Part shown: positions 63,819 through 64,000 of the stretch, piece by piece
Position numbering within the stretch: position 1 is the stretch's first letter
Layout of the letters: each line of letters opens with the position of its first letter
Origin: an uncultured Clostridia bacterium
GTDB lineage: Bacteria; Bacillota; Clostridia; Oscillospirales; CAG-272
Reading direction: 5' to 3'
Assembly: GCA_947626065.1 (NCBI GenBank)
Contig: CANQQT010000004.1
Location: 22,774-86,773 of the forward strand
Length of the DNA: 64,000 nucleotides
Program-made: the position numbers and the translations under genes
Notes under the pieces: generated by a model
The model's database searches: none
The model's input: only the letters and a program-made list of their open reading frames with translations
What the model was told of the DNA's origin: nothing

Positions 63819-64000
63819 GGTCATCGGCGGAGGCCTTGCCGGTTCAGAGGCCGCGTGGCAGGCGGCGGAGGCGGGGGCTCGCGTCCTTCTCTATGAGATG
63901 AAGCCCGGAAAATACACCCCGGCGCATCATTACCCCGGCTATGCGGAGCTGGTTTGCTCCAATTCCCTCCGCTCGTCACAGCTTACCAACGCCGTCGGCC
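63787..64000 (+). CDS. trmFO: Methylenetetrahydrofolate--tRNA-(uracil-5-)-methyltransferase TrmFO (3' end outside window)
   Basis: My own translation: [30 protein letters not shown]...[20 protein letters not shown]. The start may instead be ATG 63796. It overlaps the topA stop. dprA-topA-trmFO synteny matches Bacillus. Confidence 0.85.
   Translation, partial: METMIKTEPIKVIGGGLAGSEAAWQAAEAGARVLLYEMKPGKYTPAHHYPGYAELVCSNSLRSSQLTNAVG

Noticed and set aside
61632-63824. Very long antisense ORFs opposite well-supported genes. Examples: 61632-63824 opposite topA, 27734-29026 opposite clpC, 40336-41949 opposite pgk/tpiA, 45600-47081 opposite the kinase, 37524-39143, 30547-31860, 12893-14149, 50450-51787, 51794-53026, 888-1526 and 1563-2450.
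   Set aside because: These are typical high-GC artefacts. Their translations are R/G/A/P-rich with no motifs, whereas the opposite strand has unmistakable family signatures.

Overview
This is a 64-kb chromosomal window from a high-GC (about 60% by eye) spore-forming Firmicute, probably Clostridia of the Oscillospiraceae/Ruminococcaceae type. That placement rests on gene content: spoIVB, spoIIAA-spoIIAB-sigF, cwlD, a SleC-like lytic enzyme and an S2P protease. All calls come from reading the sequence and ORF translations and from remembered family motifs. No database search was run.

The content is mostly housekeeping:
- mglBAC-type sugar ABC transporter, split ThrE-type exporter pair plus an Rrf2 regulator, HtrA protease, glyA, hemW, potABCD.
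- clpC, radA, tpiA-pgk, a CNNM/CorC transporter, an OmpR-type two-component pair, ychF.
- A five-gene lysine operon (dapA-dapB-dapF-dapL-lysA) behind an L-box riboswitch.
- tRNA-Val(GAC), infC-rpmI-rplT with a leader attenuator, and a TrmH-family methyltransferase followed by dprA-topA-trmFO.

No transposase, integrase, phage gene, CRISPR array or recognisable defence system is visible.

Items worth a second look:
1. A low-GC islet of about 4.2 kb (GH127-like gene, truncated HTH gene, LiaF-like/DUF4097 pair). Its left edge carries a perfect 50-bp copy of coding sequence from inside the islet.
2. A roughly 215-nt leader in front of the LiaF-like operon, closed by a 13-bp helix and ending in a terminator. 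It could be an unclassified cis-regulatory RNA or a MITE-like inverted repeat.
3. A 135-aa protein with 17 cysteines built from repeated GCGCG motifs.
4. A 5' leader of the CNNM gene with a 28-codon Cys-rich ORF whose stop codon lies in the loop of an intrinsic terminator.
5. A frameshifted SIS-domain gene.
6. Locus-specific degenerate tandem repeats in almost every long intergenic spacer, with periods of 14, 15, about 16, about 37 and 155 bp. One is a 380-bp tract with about 5% A.

I could not identify one clear-cut novel multi-gene system. The candidates above are ranked by interest.
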